Origin: Rhodoferax sp.
Lineage (GTDB): Bacteria > Pseudomonadota > Gammaproteobacteria > Burkholderiales > Burkholderiaceae_C
Assembly: GCF_018063565.1 (NCBI RefSeq)
Contig: NZ_JAGPBB010000008.1
Location: 5,282 to 69,281 of the forward strand
Direction of reading: 5' to 3'
DNA length: 64,000 nucleotides
Below the pieces are notes generated by a model, which saw only the letters and a program-made list of their open reading frames with translations, did not search any database and was not told the origin of the DNA. Position 1 is the stretch's first letter; every line of letters starts with the position of its first letter. A program made the position numbers and the translations under genes. Of this stretch, positions 18,301-27,113 are shown piece by piece.

Positions 18301-20175
18301 CAGTGAGTGGTAGCCGCAGGGTGCCTGGTGGTACAGGTTCAAATACTCCAGGCTGCGTTGGCGTACCTGGGCTTCAAGCTGTTGGTTGAACTGGGACAAC
18401 TCGGCGTGCAGCTGTTTTTGGGCGCTGATGTCTTCGGAGTAAATCGCAATGCCTTCAGGTACGGGCTGCACCACAACGCGGTACCAGCCCGAATGACCGT
18501 CAGGAAATTCAAACTGGATGTCTTTGGCCTGGACGGTGCGTTGTGTCATGCACGCTTGCTCTAGCGCGAACACGTCGGTTTTGGTGAAGCCCGGCCAGCA
18601 TTCCATCACCGTGCGGCCCAGCAGTGTCGCCGCCGGACAGCGGTTCTGCAATTCGGCCGCCTTGTTGATGAAGGTATAGCACCAGTCAAAATCGACAATC
18701 TGGCAACCGCCCAGCATGTTTTCGAGCATGCTGCCAAACGTCGACTCACGGTCCTGCAACTGCGCTTCAGCACGCAGACGGGCGTCATCGCTGGCTTGTC
18801 GATGCGTGTCGGCCTGTGACAACCGACCCCGCAATTGCTCCCGTTCCACCTGATGGCTCAGGTCGAGGTAACTGCCGTGAAACCCGAGCAAGTTGCCATG
18901 GCCATCACGAACCGTACCCAAATTGGCCGCGACCGTGATCAGGCTGCCGTCCTTGGCGCGGCGTTCGATCTGTCCCGACCACCGACCTTGCTCGATGACT
19001 GTGCGCGTCAGTGCTGCCTGCTGAGCCAGGGCATCGGGCGTTACCGGGGACAGACAACTCACCGACTGGTTCAGCAACTCGTGTTCCTGGTAGCCAAACA
19101 ACTGGCAAAACGCCGCGTTGGCGTAGGTGATCAGCAACTGAGCGTTGGCAAACAGCATGGGCTGCGCCGTTTGTTTGAAGGCTTCGCTCAGTAGCAGCCG
19201 CTCTTCATCGTCCCTGATCTTTGCGGTGATCTCGCGGGAGATGCCAAACAGGCCCACGACCTGACCCGTTGTGTCAAACACGGGCCCTTTGGTCACCAGG
19301 AACACCATGGATTTGCCGTCAAGGCTGACCAGCCGCTCTTCCAGTGTGTGGTTGGCACCAGCAGTCATGATGGCTGCGTCGTTGGCGGCGATCTGCTTTG
19401 AAGAATCAGCGTCAAACAGGCCTTTGTCGTCACGCCCGACGATGTCAGTTTCGCTTTTGCCAATAAAACCCGCAGTGGCCTGATTGGCCAACAGGTATCG
19501 GCCCTGGCGGTCTTTCACAAAGATGGCATCTGATGTCCCGCTGACGACCGAATTGAGCAAACTGCGGTCGACATTGGCTTTCGCCAGCGCAGCCTTGAGT
19601 CGGTGGGCCAGCAGGCTGACCACCACGCCACTGGCGATCAGCATGGACCATTGAAACAAGTCCTGGCTGTTGCTGATGCGCAAACTGTTCAGCGGTGGCA
19701 AGGCCAAATAGTTGACCGACAGCGCGGCCAACGCGGTGGCCAGCACGCCTGGCCCGAGACCGCCAAGCAGGGCGCTGAGCACAATGGGCAGCATAAAGAT
19801 CACCAGCAGGGGCTGGCCAACCGGCGTGGTGCCAATGCTCTGGTGCATGGCCAGCATGGCCAGAGTGATGACCACAGCGAAGACATAGTGCAGCCATCGA
19901 TTGGCCTGGGTGGGGTGAAAGCGTGTGTCCAGCGTCTGCGAAATGACGGTGCCGCGGGTTGGCCCAGCTTGAGGTACGGCCCGCATCGCAAGGAAGAACA
20001 GGCCCGAGGTGGCGAGTACAAAAAACACACCTTTGGCGCTGGACAACCAGACCACGGAGCCGATGTCGGTGAAAACTGAGAGCAACTGGTCTGACAGAAA
20101 GATCCAGGCCAGCGCCAGCAGGGCGTAACTGGCGGTGGCAGATACGATAAACCGGTCGCGGGAAGATGTTGGCAT
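15382..20175 (-). CDS. Large hybrid sensor histidine kinase (membrane/DUF4118-like N-terminus, ~5 PAS, HisKA-HATPase, REC, REC, Hpt)
   Basis: H-box [18 protein letters not shown] and G-box [12 protein letters not shown]. Two REC domains (LSVLIADDNPIA.., MRILVVDDSDINRE..). Hpt motif AHKFKGAAAYM. Several PAS-like repeats are present. Confidence 0.9.
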   Translation of the reverse strand: MPTSSRDRFIVSATASYALLALAWIFLSDQLLSVFTDIGSVVWLSSAKGVFFVLATSGLFFLAMRAVPQAGPTRGTVISQTLDTRFHPTQANRWLHYVFAVVITLAMLAMHQSIGTTPVGQPLLVIFMLPIVLSALLGGLGPGVLATALAALSVNYLALPPLNSLRISNSQDLFQWSMLIASGVVVSLLAHRLKAALAKANVDRSLLNSVVSGTSDAIFVKDRQGRYLLANQATAGFIGKSETDIVGRDDKGLFDADSSKQIAANDAAIMTAGANHTLEERLVSLDGKSMVFLVTKGPVFDTTGQVVGLFGISREITAKIRDDEERLLLSEAFKQTAQPMLFANAQLLITYANAAFCQLFGYQEHELLNQSVSCLSPVTPDALAQQAALTRTVIEQGRWSGQIERRAKDGSLITVAANLGTVRDGHGNLLGFHGSYLDLSHQVEREQLRGRLSQADTHRQASDDARLRAEAQLQDRESTFGSMLENMLGGCQIVDFDWCYTFINKAAELQNRCPAATLLGRTVMECWPGFTKTDVFALEQACMTQRTVQAKDIQFEFPDGHSGWYRVVVQPVPEGIAIYSEDISAQKQLHAELSQFNQQLEAQVRQRSLEYLNLYHQAPCGYHSLGPDGKVLRVNQTELDLLGYTREEFLGRHLFEFMTPDSVVAFHREFNAFLTSGRVRDLEFDFITKDGQVKPFLISGDLIRDEQGQPKETNSMMVDNSERKARELQIHDLNRLLNEVVASLPFGLVVYDEHRRAVLRNTLYGTLLDYPPELMAKEPFCFADSVRFNHDRGDYPGRAFDEVLAGFVKFMDERQSIQFERQQANGHYLEVRGLPISRGWTLLTYTDISAHKLAEQSLHEARHRAEAAGEAKGAFIANMSHEIRTPLNAILGLAYLLEQHQLPGDASDLAHKIRVAGRSLLGIINDILDFSKIESGKLQVENRPFRLGDVLDNLSTIMSSSAGEKDLELIIAPPPGKTSQLRGDALRLEQVLINLAGNAIKFTERGHVELAVSVVKQEPEHLTLRFSVRDSGIGIALDKQQEIFELFSQVDSSVSRRFAGTGLGLAISRRLVRCMGGELQVTSVPGSGSDFWFELRFEHGQDTWLAAPEMAGLSVLIADDNPIAREALRGMVQGLGWQATAVSSGEAAIEHVQARAQQVWQTEVLLLDHKMPGMDGLATAKRIRHELKNANDPIIIMVTAYASREQLNHPDRHLADAVLSKPVTGSSLYDAVSRALRVRQGGETQAPARPVERLRGMRILVVDDSDINREVAQRILSGEGAKVSLAEDGKQALDWLTAHPGEVELVLMDVQMPILNGYDATRQIRRNPALARLPVVALTAGVFMEQQELASHAGMNSVITKPFDVDAAIAVIIQLTGWTAPGPQPVAQRSDLQPTSNAMAKDTSMTPDLPGLAISAGLALWQDPAKYRQYLRKFVRMYGDVVPTLRALDPKDAAALAHKFKGAAAYMALSEVPHLAEQLYRHLQAGTDPTPGLDALQRALDTALASAAKYAQDEDPTELTETVNLDLAQLKALLTRLLQAFDTDRPSAIRPVLAELGRALPMARLQALHTAIEDFDFRGGESATHALAHELGLNLGD

Positions 20176-20393
20176 GGGACCTCGCGAAATGTGGCCGTGT
20201 CAGGACCAAAACCTGTATTCAGTGACCCGCGCGCATGGCTGGAAACAAGCTCAGGATGCTATCTCGGGCAGAACGACTCGGCACATTCCTGGTGCATCGG
20301 CGGCCGGTGCGCCGCTCGGCATTCCATCGCCGCGCAATTTGCGCCGGAAACTCTTGCAGATTTTTGCGCCACAGCGATTTTCGCATAGCTGGC

Positions 20394-21194
20394 TCAGACC
20401 TCTGTGAGCGCCAGCAGCACTGGCGTGTGATCGCTGGGACGTTCATTTTTGCGCGGCGTTTTGTCGATCCAGCAGGCGCTGGCCCGTGCCTTGAGCGGCT
20501 GGCTGATCAGGATATGGTCAATGCGCATGCCACGGTTGCGCCGAAACGCCATGTCGCGGTAATCCCACCATGAATAACTCTTGGGCGGCTGTTCAAACAG
20601 GCGAAAGGCATCGTGCATGCCCAGTGCCACCAGCGCCTGCAGGTGGTAACGCTCGTCGTCGGTGCAATGGATCTGGTCGCGCATGCCTTCGGGGTCCCAT
20701 ACGTCGGCATCGTCAAAGGTGATGTTGTAGTCACCCAGCAGCACCAGACTCGGGTATTGCTGCAGTTCGTTGCGCAGCCAGTTGCGCAGACCCTTGAGCC
20801 AGGCCATCTTGTAGTCAAATTTATCGCTGCCGGGTTCCTGTCCATTGGGAAAATAGGCCCCCACCACACGGATCGACTGGCTGGTGTCGACGCCGCCCGA
20901 CAGAGGCACAGTGGCGCTGATGACGCGCGCCATGTCGTCATCGAAACCGGGAATGTTCCTGATCACCTCCGTGGCGGGCTGGCGCGACAGCAGCGCCACA
21001 CCGTTGTAGGTCTTCTGGCCAAACCATTGGGCGTGGTAACCGGCCTGACGGAACGCCTCGGCCGGGAACTTGTCGTCGCTCATCTTCAGCTCTTGCAGCG
21101 CCAGCACCTCGACCGGATTGGCCGCCAGCCAGTCCAGTACCTGCGGCAGGCGCACGGTCAGTGAGTTGACGTTCCAGGTGGCAATATTTTTCAT
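20394..21194 (-). CDS. xthA: Exodeoxyribonuclease III
   Basis: MKNIATWNVNSLTVRLPQVLDWL..LALQELK..GDYNI..RIDHIL..SDHTPV. Confidence 0.93.
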   Translation of the reverse strand: MKNIATWNVNSLTVRLPQVLDWLAANPVEVLALQELKMSDDKFPAEAFRQAGYHAQWFGQKTYNGVALLSRQPATEVIRNIPGFDDDMARVISATVPLSGGVDTSQSIRVVGAYFPNGQEPGSDKFDYKMAWLKGLRNWLRNELQQYPSLVLLGDYNITFDDADVWDPEGMRDQIHCTDDERYHLQALVALGMHDAFRLFEQPPKSYSWWDYRDMAFRRNRGMRIDHILISQPLKARASACWIDKTPRKNERPSDHTPVLLALTEV

Positions 21195-21195
21195 A

Positions 21196-21245
21196 GAAAA
21201 TGCTCCTTAGCGCATATGGATATTAGGTTAATCGCTATCAAATTG
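21196..21245 (+). repeat. AT-rich intergenic element, copy 2
   Basis: Core AGCGCATATGGATATTAGGTTAATCGCTATC (21209-21239). The upstream flank aaaatgctcctt resembles the copy 1 flank aaaatgccttc. It lies between the xthA start and the folA stop. Confidence 0.5.
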
Positions 21246-21247
21246 TG

Positions 21248-21745
21248 TCAATTTGCAAGCCTTTCGTGCCGGTAGATCACCCATGCATACGGCAGCCCGG
21301 CGGCCGACTGGTGCAACTCGCGCGTGGTCTCTGTCCATGCCGGGCCAAAGGTGGGCGCAAAGGCGTCCCCCGCAAACTCGGCGTCGATCTCGGTCACCAC
21401 GGCTTCGCTGGCCAGTGGCAGCGCCTGGGCATACATTTCAGCACCGCCGATCACCCAGGCGGTGCTGTCGGCCGGACAAAACGCGCAGGCTTGTTCGACC
21501 GAATGCGCCACCAGCGCACCGTCGGCCTGCCAGCCCTGTTGGTGTGTCACCACAATATTGAGGCGACCGGGCAGTGGCCGGAACTTGGCTGGCAGGGAGT
21601 CCCAGGTCTTGCGCCCCATGATCACCGGGCAACCCAGCGTGCTGCGTTTGAAATGTGCCAGGTCTTCGGGCAAATGCCAGGGCAGGGTGTTGTGCTGGCC
21701 GATGACGCCATTGCGGTCGCGGGCAAAGATCAGTTTGAGTTGCAT
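21248..21745 (-). CDS. folA: Dihydrofolate reductase
   Basis: MQLKLIFARDRNGVIGQHNTLPWHLPEDLAHFKRSTLGCPVIMGRKTWDSLP.., 165 aa. The upstream extension of the track ORF to 22060 overlaps the DMT gene and was rejected. Confidence 0.93.
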   Translation of the reverse strand: MQLKLIFARDRNGVIGQHNTLPWHLPEDLAHFKRSTLGCPVIMGRKTWDSLPAKFRPLPGRLNIVVTHQQGWQADGALVAHSVEQACAFCPADSTAWVIGGAEMYAQALPLASEAVVTEIDAEFAGDAFAPTFGPAWTETTRELHQSAAGLPYAWVIYRHERLAN

Positions 21746-21759
21746 GATGTGGCGCAGGT

Positions 21760-22647
21760 TCAGGTTTTTTGTGGGGGTAGCAACACGCTGGCGATGGCCA
21801 GCATGACAAACACCATCGCCAGCCAGTCCTGCCAGTGCGGCATTTCGCCAACGATGAAAGTGGCGCTGAGCGTGCCAACCAGCGGGATGGCCATCACACT
21901 CATGGCGCTGGTGGCTGGCGGCAGGTCGCGCGCCAGGCCAAACCAGATCAGCTGGGCCACGCCATAGTTGATGAACGCGGCGTAGGCCAGTCCCAGCCAG
22001 AGTCGGGTCGAGAACCCGGTGGGTTGCGGCAGCGGCTCCAGCGCCAGCGCCAGCACCCACAGGACCAGGCTGGACAGCAGCAGCATCCAGACCGTGGTCA
22101 CGGTGGCAGACAGCGTCATCTGGGCGCGGCGAAACAACACAATACCCAGACCCCAGCAGAATGCGGCGCTCAGCATCCAGGCCACGCCGGTCGGGCGCCC
22201 GCTCAGGCGTTGCAACTCATGCCACAGCAGCAGGCCAATGGCCAGCGCTGCACTCAGCACCGCCAGGCGCACCCGCGGGGTGATGCGTTCACCAAAAAAC
22301 AGGGCACCGATCAGCACCGTGAAAATCGGCATGGTGAAGCCCAGAATGGCCGCGCGCCCGGAGGCCAGCGCCTGCACGCCAAAGATCGACAGGGTGTGCC
22401 AGCCCAGCACATTGGGCAGCCCCAGCCCCACAATGCTGAGCCATTCACGCCCGCGCGGGCGCAGGCGCTCACCGCGCCGGCCGACATAGACAAACAGCCA
22501 GCACGCGCCCAGCGCCATGGTGCCGGCGCGAAAGAACAGCGGGGTCAGGCCCTCGAGAGCCAGCTTCATCATCGGCCAGTTCATGCCCCACAGCAGGGTC
22601 AGGGTCAGCATGCCCCAGAGCTGGCGGCGGGTGACGTGGGTGTGCAT
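21760..22647 (-). CDS. DMT-superfamily (EamA-like) transporter
   Basis: Ten-helix hydrophobic profile and an EamA-type N-terminus (RRQLWGMLTLTLLWGMNWPMMKLAL). Confidence 0.8.
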   Translation of the reverse strand: MHTHVTRRQLWGMLTLTLLWGMNWPMMKLALEGLTPLFFRAGTMALGACWLFVYVGRRGERLRPRGREWLSIVGLGLPNVLGWHTLSIFGVQALASGRAAILGFTMPIFTVLIGALFFGERITPRVRLAVLSAALAIGLLLWHELQRLSGRPTGVAWMLSAAFCWGLGIVLFRRAQMTLSATVTTVWMLLLSSLVLWVLALALEPLPQPTGFSTRLWLGLAYAAFINYGVAQLIWFGLARDLPPATSAMSVMAIPLVGTLSATFIVGEMPHWQDWLAMVFVMLAIASVLLPPQKT

Positions 22648-22684
22648 GGCGAGGGGTGCGGTGTTGGTGGGTGATGCGGACGGG

Positions 22685-23869
22685 TCAGCTTAGCCGGTTC
22701 AGGCGTTCGGTGGTGGCCAGCAATGCCAGCAGCACCATCACCAGCGCGGGCATCACGGCGCCCAGGCCAAATGTGGTGGCCAGGACGCCACAGGCCGCGG
22801 GCACGATGGCGCCGCCAAGGTAGGAAAATCCGACCTGTCGCCCAATCACCTTGGCGGTGATGGTGGCCGGAAAACGCTGTGCCGTCTCGTGCATCATCGA
22901 TGGGTAAATGGGCGCACAACCCAATCCCATCAGCACCAGCCCACCCAGCGCCAGTGGCGAGGACAGACCCGGCAGCGCAAACAGCACCGCACCGGAGATG
23001 GCAAGCAGCAACCCCAACCGGATCAAGCGCCGGTTGCCCAACCGGTTGGCCACCAGCCCAACGGCAAAACGCCCGGCTGTGATGGCCGCGTAATAGAACG
23101 ATACCCACAGCCCGGCCGTGGCGGCGCTGCTGCCGCGCTCACCCACCAGAATGCTGGCCGCCCACAAACCGGTGCCTAGCTCGGCCGACACATAGAGCAG
23201 AAACGCCAGCGGTGCCAGCCAGGTGGCCAGCGTACGGACGGGCTGGGTCGGCGCCAGCTGCGCTGTGGCGTCGGCCTGCGTTCCAGCTTTGGCGCTCTCA
23301 CGCGTCCAAAGCGACAGCGACGCCAGCAACAGTAGCGCCAGCGTCAGCTGCAGCAGCGCCAGGGTACGGTAGCCGCTGGCCCAGCCCTGCGGCAGCAGCA
23401 GGGCGCTGCCCATGATCAGTGGCCCCAACGTGGCACCCACGCCCCAGCAGCCGTGCAACCAGTTCATGTGGCGCGACGAATAGTGCGCTGCCACGAAATG
23501 GTTCAGCCCGGCGTCCACCGCGCCGGCTCCGAGGCCCAGTGGAACGGTGAGCAGCATCAGCCAGGTCAAGGACGGTGCCAGTGAATAGCCCAGCAGTGAC
23601 AGTCCGGTCAAGAAACCGCTGAGCATCACCACCGGGCCGGTCCCCAGGTGCTTGAGTACATGGCGGCTGGCCAGGGTGCTCAGGCCGGAGGCGATGGTGC
23701 CTACCAGCGTCAGCAGTCCCACCGCCGCCAGTGGCTGGTTGAGATCCAGGCGCATCGTCGTCCAGGCGACCCCCAGGACACCGTCGGGCAGGCCCAGGCT
23801 GATAAAGGCGAGATAAATGATGGCCAGCAAGGCCATGTGAGCCCAAGGCAATTTGGCAGGACTCGTCAC
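22685..23869 (-). CDS. MFS transporter
   Basis: 12-TM profile with the N-terminus AIIYLAFISLGLPDGVLGVAW typical of the MFS_1/fucose-permease-like group. Confidence 0.75.
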   Translation of the reverse strand: MTSPAKLPWAHMALLAIIYLAFISLGLPDGVLGVAWTTMRLDLNQPLAAVGLLTLVGTIASGLSTLASRHVLKHLGTGPVVMLSGFLTGLSLLGYSLAPSLTWLMLLTVPLGLGAGAVDAGLNHFVAAHYSSRHMNWLHGCWGVGATLGPLIMGSALLLPQGWASGYRTLALLQLTLALLLLASLSLWTRESAKAGTQADATAQLAPTQPVRTLATWLAPLAFLLYVSAELGTGLWAASILVGERGSSAATAGLWVSFYYAAITAGRFAVGLVANRLGNRRLIRLGLLLAISGAVLFALPGLSSPLALGGLVLMGLGCAPIYPSMMHETAQRFPATITAKVIGRQVGFSYLGGAIVPAACGVLATTFGLGAVMPALVMVLLALLATTERLNRLS

Positions 23870-23884
23870 GCCGGCCAGCCGCTG

Positions 23885-24718
23885 TCAGACCGCCACCGGT
23901 GCCTTGATGGCCGGGTGGCATTGGTAGCCTTGCACCTCAAAGTCTTCGTACTGGTAATCAAAAATGCTAGCGGGCTTGCGATGTATGAAAAGCGCTGGGT
24001 AGGAAAAAGGCGCACGACTGAGCTGCAAGCTCACTTGTTCGGCATGGTTACTGTAAATGTGGCAGTCACCACCGGTCCAGATGAAATCGCCCACGTCCAG
24101 ATCACATTGCTGCGCCACCATGTGGGTCAACAGGGCGTAGCTGGCGATGTTGAAAGGCACCCCCAGAAAGATGTCGGCACTGCGCTGGTACAGCTGGCAA
24201 CTCAATTTACCGCGTGCACCCGGCGCAGCTGGTGGTGCCACATAAAACTGAAAGAAGGCGTGGCACGGCATGAGTGCCATCTGGTCAAGCTCGGCCACGT
24301 TCCAGGCGCTGACGATGATGCGCCGCGAATCGGGGTTGCTTTTGAGGGTGTCGATGACCTGCTGCATTTGGTCGATATGGCCACCATCGGGTTTGGGCCA
24401 GCTGCGCCACTGCACACCGTAGACCGGGCCCAGGTCGCCGTCGGGGCGCGCCCATTCGTCCCAGATGGTGCAGCCGCGCTCCTGCAGCCATTTCACGTTG
24501 CGCCCGCCTTGCAAGAACCAGAGCAGTTCGACGATGATGGCTTTGAGAAAGACCTTCTTGGTGGTGACCAGCGGAAAACCCTCGCTCAGGTCAAAGCGCA
24601 TCTGGTAGCCAAACACGCTTTGGGTACCGGTACCGGTGCGGTCAGCCTTGAACACGCCATGGGTGTGGACGTGGCGCAGGAAGTCTTCGTACTGGGAGCG
24701 GATGGGAGGGGGTGGCAT
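23885..24718 (-). CDS. thyA: Thymidylate synthase
   Basis: [54 protein letters not shown]. The ATG at 24718-24716 shares one nucleotide with the ccdB-like stop (TGATG). Confidence 0.96.
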   Translation of the reverse strand: MPPPPIRSQYEDFLRHVHTHGVFKADRTGTGTQSVFGYQMRFDLSEGFPLVTTKKVFLKAIIVELLWFLQGGRNVKWLQERGCTIWDEWARPDGDLGPVYGVQWRSWPKPDGGHIDQMQQVIDTLKSNPDSRRIIVSAWNVAELDQMALMPCHAFFQFYVAPPAAPGARGKLSCQLYQRSADIFLGVPFNIASYALLTHMVAQQCDLDVGDFIWTGGDCHIYSNHAEQVSLQLSRAPFSYPALFIHRKPASIFDYQYEDFEVQGYQCHPAIKAPVAV

Positions 24719-25017
24719 CAATATTCACCAAATAGCGCGGCCAACGCGTCTTGAATTTCAAGCTGGCTTTGGCGCAGGTTGTACACAGGACGTCCCAGAC
24801 CACGGTGGGGAAAAGTCGCCATCATCGGGGTGTCCAGGACCAGACTTTGCCCGCCGACGGTCAGAAGCGAATGAATACGGCCCAGCCGTCTGCCGACGAT
24901 TCCTTCGGCACGCAAAGGCACTGCGACAAAAGTCTCGAGCATGTCAGGGTAACCGTTTTGCAGATCAAGGATGAAGGGGGTGTGAATGCGGCGTGACTTC
25001 GTCGGCCAGCAGGGCAT
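24718..25017 (-). CDS. ccdB: CcdB-family gyrase-poison toxin homolog; the N-terminus is probably not native
   Basis: Residues 15-99 ([70 protein letters not shown]) align along the full length of F-plasmid CcdB ([21 protein letters not shown]...VADLSHRENDIKNAINLMF). Confidence 0.75.
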   Translation of the reverse strand: MPCWPTKSRRIHTPFILDLQNGYPDMLETFVAVPLRAEGIVGRRLGRIHSLLTVGGQSLVLDTPMMATFPHRGLGRPVYNLRQSQLEIQDALAALFGEY

Positions 25018-25123
25018 CTACCGTCTGCGACAAGTTCGTGCCCAGGCCCCGGGCGACTTCAAGCACCTTGACATTGAGCGACAGGTTGGTGGCTTCATTG
25101 GCGGCGTTTTCAAAGTTCAACAT
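24965..25123 (-). CDS. ccdA: CcdA-family antitoxin homolog; only the N-terminal DNA-binding part is present
   Basis: [33 protein letters not shown] matches the CcdA-family ribbon-helix-helix region. The ORF stops about 26-30 aa short of typical family length. Alternative starts are at 25162 and 25177. Confidence 0.6.
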   Translation of the reverse strand: MLNFENAANEATNLSLNVKVLEVARGLGTNLSQTVDALLADEVTPHSHPLHP

Positions 25124-25140
25124 GTCGAGGTTCCGTGATG

Positions 25141-25163
25141 GATGCGCAAATTCTATGCGCATC
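25141..25163 (-). promoter_or_regulatory. Operator-like perfect inverted repeat enclosing a -10-like hexamer, upstream of ccdA
   Basis: The minus strand reads GATGCGCA-TAGAATT-TGCGCATC: 8-bp perfect arms, with TAGAAT in the spacer. It lies 18 nt upstream of the 25123 ATG. Confidence 0.45.
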
Positions 25164-25183
25164 AACGCGTTGACCATGCATGC

Positions 25184-26629
25184 CTAGGGGAGCAGGACGC
25201 GCCCCGGGTTCATCAGATTGAGCGGATCCAGCGCACGCTTGATGGCGCGCATGGTCTGTATTGCCACCGGTGATTTGTAGTGCACCAGGTGGTCCACCTT
25301 GAGACTGCCAACCCCGTGTTCGGCCGAGATCGAGCCGCCAAAGCGCTGCACTGAATCCAACACGATCTGATTGACAGTGGGCTCCTGCTCCAGCAGAAAA
25401 GCGGCCGCATCGACCCCCAGCGGTGCCTGCACGTTGTAGTGCAGGTTGCCGTCACCGAGGTGGCCAAAGTTGACCAGGCGCACGCCGGGTATGGCGGCAC
25501 GCAACAGCGCATCGGTGCTGCGGACAAACTCGGGGATGGCCGACACCGCCAGCGAAATGTCGTGCTTGATGTTGAGCCCCTCCTGCGCTTGCGCCAGCGA
25601 AATGCTTTCGCGAATGTGCCACAGGGTTTGCGCCTGGGCCAGGTTTTCCGCGACCACGGCGTCGCTGACGCAACCGGCCTCCAGCGCGGCTTCGAGCAGC
25701 GTTTCCAACTGGGTGCGGGCGTACGCTTGCGACGCAGGGTCGGCGTGCTCGAGCAGCACACAAAACGGCACGTCCTGATAAAGCGGCACGCGAAGTTGGG
25801 CATAGTGTTTGGCCACCAGGCTCAGGGCAAACTGGCCCATCACCTCAAAGCCGGTCAGCCCGGCGCCCAGATGGCGATGCGCCAGACCCAGCAGTTGCAA
25901 TGCGGCGTCAAGCGAAGGCACCGCGGCCCATGCGGTGAGCTGGGCCGCAGGCAGCGGGTAGAGCTTGAGCGTGGCGGCGGTGATGACGCCCAGCGTGCCC
26001 TCCGAGCCGATGTACAGGTGGCGCAGGTCGTAACCGGTGTTGTCCTTGCGCAGGCCGCTCAGACCGGGCCAGATCTCGCCTTGCGGGGTGACCACTTCGA
26101 GCCCCAGGCACAGTTCGCGCGCATTGCCAAAGCGCAGCACCTGGGTGCCACCGGCATTGGTACCCAGGTTGCCACCCAAGGTGCATGAGCCTTCGGCCGC
26201 CAGGCTCAAAGGGAAAAGGAACCCGGCTGCGCCCGCGGCTTCCTGAACCGCCTGCAACACGCAACCTGCCTCGACGGTGATGGTCAGGTTGGCCGGGTCG
26301 ATGGCGCGAATCGCATTCAGGCGTTGCAGGCTGAGCACAATCTGGTGGCCACTTTCATCTGGGGTGGAACCCACCACCAGCCCGGTGTTGCCACCTTGCG
26401 GCACGATGCCCAAGCCGCAGCCGGGGTGTTTGGCAAGATAGTCCGCGCAACACCTGACGACCTGCGCGACTTCCGGCGCACTGCCGGGGCGCACCACCGC
26501 CAGCGCCTTGCCGTGGCTGCGTTTGCGCCAGTCCTGCTCCCAGGCGCTCAAATCACCCTCGGTCAGGACATGCGGGCGTCCAACATGGGTAACCAACTGT
26601 TCGATCAGTTCATCCAGCGGCGCTTGCAT
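25184..26629 (-). CDS. FAD-linked oxidase (GlcD / D-2-hydroxyacid dehydrogenase-like)
   Basis: FAD_binding_4 signatures (VVRPGSAPEVAQVV..VPQGGNTGLVVGS..; RKDNTGYDL..IGSEGTLGVIT) plus the C-terminal FAD-oxidase_C domain. The start is ATG 26629 or 26641. Confidence 0.85.
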   Translation of the reverse strand: MQAPLDELIEQLVTHVGRPHVLTEGDLSAWEQDWRKRSHGKALAVVRPGSAPEVAQVVRCCADYLAKHPGCGLGIVPQGGNTGLVVGSTPDESGHQIVLSLQRLNAIRAIDPANLTITVEAGCVLQAVQEAAGAAGFLFPLSLAAEGSCTLGGNLGTNAGGTQVLRFGNARELCLGLEVVTPQGEIWPGLSGLRKDNTGYDLRHLYIGSEGTLGVITAATLKLYPLPAAQLTAWAAVPSLDAALQLLGLAHRHLGAGLTGFEVMGQFALSLVAKHYAQLRVPLYQDVPFCVLLEHADPASQAYARTQLETLLEAALEAGCVSDAVVAENLAQAQTLWHIRESISLAQAQEGLNIKHDISLAVSAIPEFVRSTDALLRAAIPGVRLVNFGHLGDGNLHYNVQAPLGVDAAAFLLEQEPTVNQIVLDSVQRFGGSISAEHGVGSLKVDHLVHYKSPVAIQTMRAIKRALDPLNLMNPGRVLLP

Positions 26630-27092
26630 GGTCAGATTCATCAGGAGAAGGTGGGGTGGGATGGCGCAGCCGCAGGCGCACATGCAGCGCGCAGGCCACA
26701 AACAGCAGCAGGCACAGCAGCACTTCAATCAGCCCGAGCCAGTGGCCCGGAGGCTTGTCGCTGTAGCCGCGCACCACGCCCTCGGTAAAGTACAGCCATA
26801 CCATCAGGCTGACCCAGCGGTAGGTGTACATGCGGTTTTTCAGCAACCCGGCCAGCGGCAGGCACAGCGGCAATACCTTGAGTGCCAGCCACGAGCCGCC
26901 CGGGCGGATGGGTGACAGCCACAGTTCCCACGCCAGCCCCAGCACGATCAGCCCCAACAGGCTGCCTACCGCCAGCACACGGGTGGCCGCCACCGAAGCG
27001 CGCGGCGTGGCGGGTGCCGCGGCCATCGGAATCCCGGCAGAGTCAAGCACTGCGCGGGCGGTCGGCACTGGGTTTTGAGCGGGGGCATCCAT
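26610..27092 (-). CDS. DUF2069-like small membrane protein
   Basis: Only the C-terminal 160 codons of track ORF 26610-28187 look real: four hydrophobic helices and WLALKVLPLCLPLAGLLKNRMYTYRWVSLMVWLYFTEGVVR. The rest is antisense to yihY. An alternative start is at 27026. Confidence 0.55.
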   Translation of the reverse strand: MDAPAQNPVPTARAVLDSAGIPMAAAPATPRASVAATRVLAVGSLLGLIVLGLAWELWLSPIRPGGSWLALKVLPLCLPLAGLLKNRMYTYRWVSLMVWLYFTEGVVRGYSDKPPGHWLGLIEVLLCLLLFVACALHVRLRLRHPTPPSPDESDHASAAG

Positions 27093-27113
27093 TGGGGTGG
27101 CATCATAGCGGTC

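Noticed and set aside
16024-18306. Plus-strand ORFs of 353 aa and 397 aa
   Set aside because: They are antisense to the hybrid histidine kinase, whose HisKA/HATPase/REC motifs are clear on the minus strand.
21746-22060. N-terminal extension of the folA ORF to 270 aa
   Set aside because: The extension overlaps the DMT transporter gene. DHFR homology begins at MQLKLIF (ATG 21745), giving a normal 165-aa enzyme.
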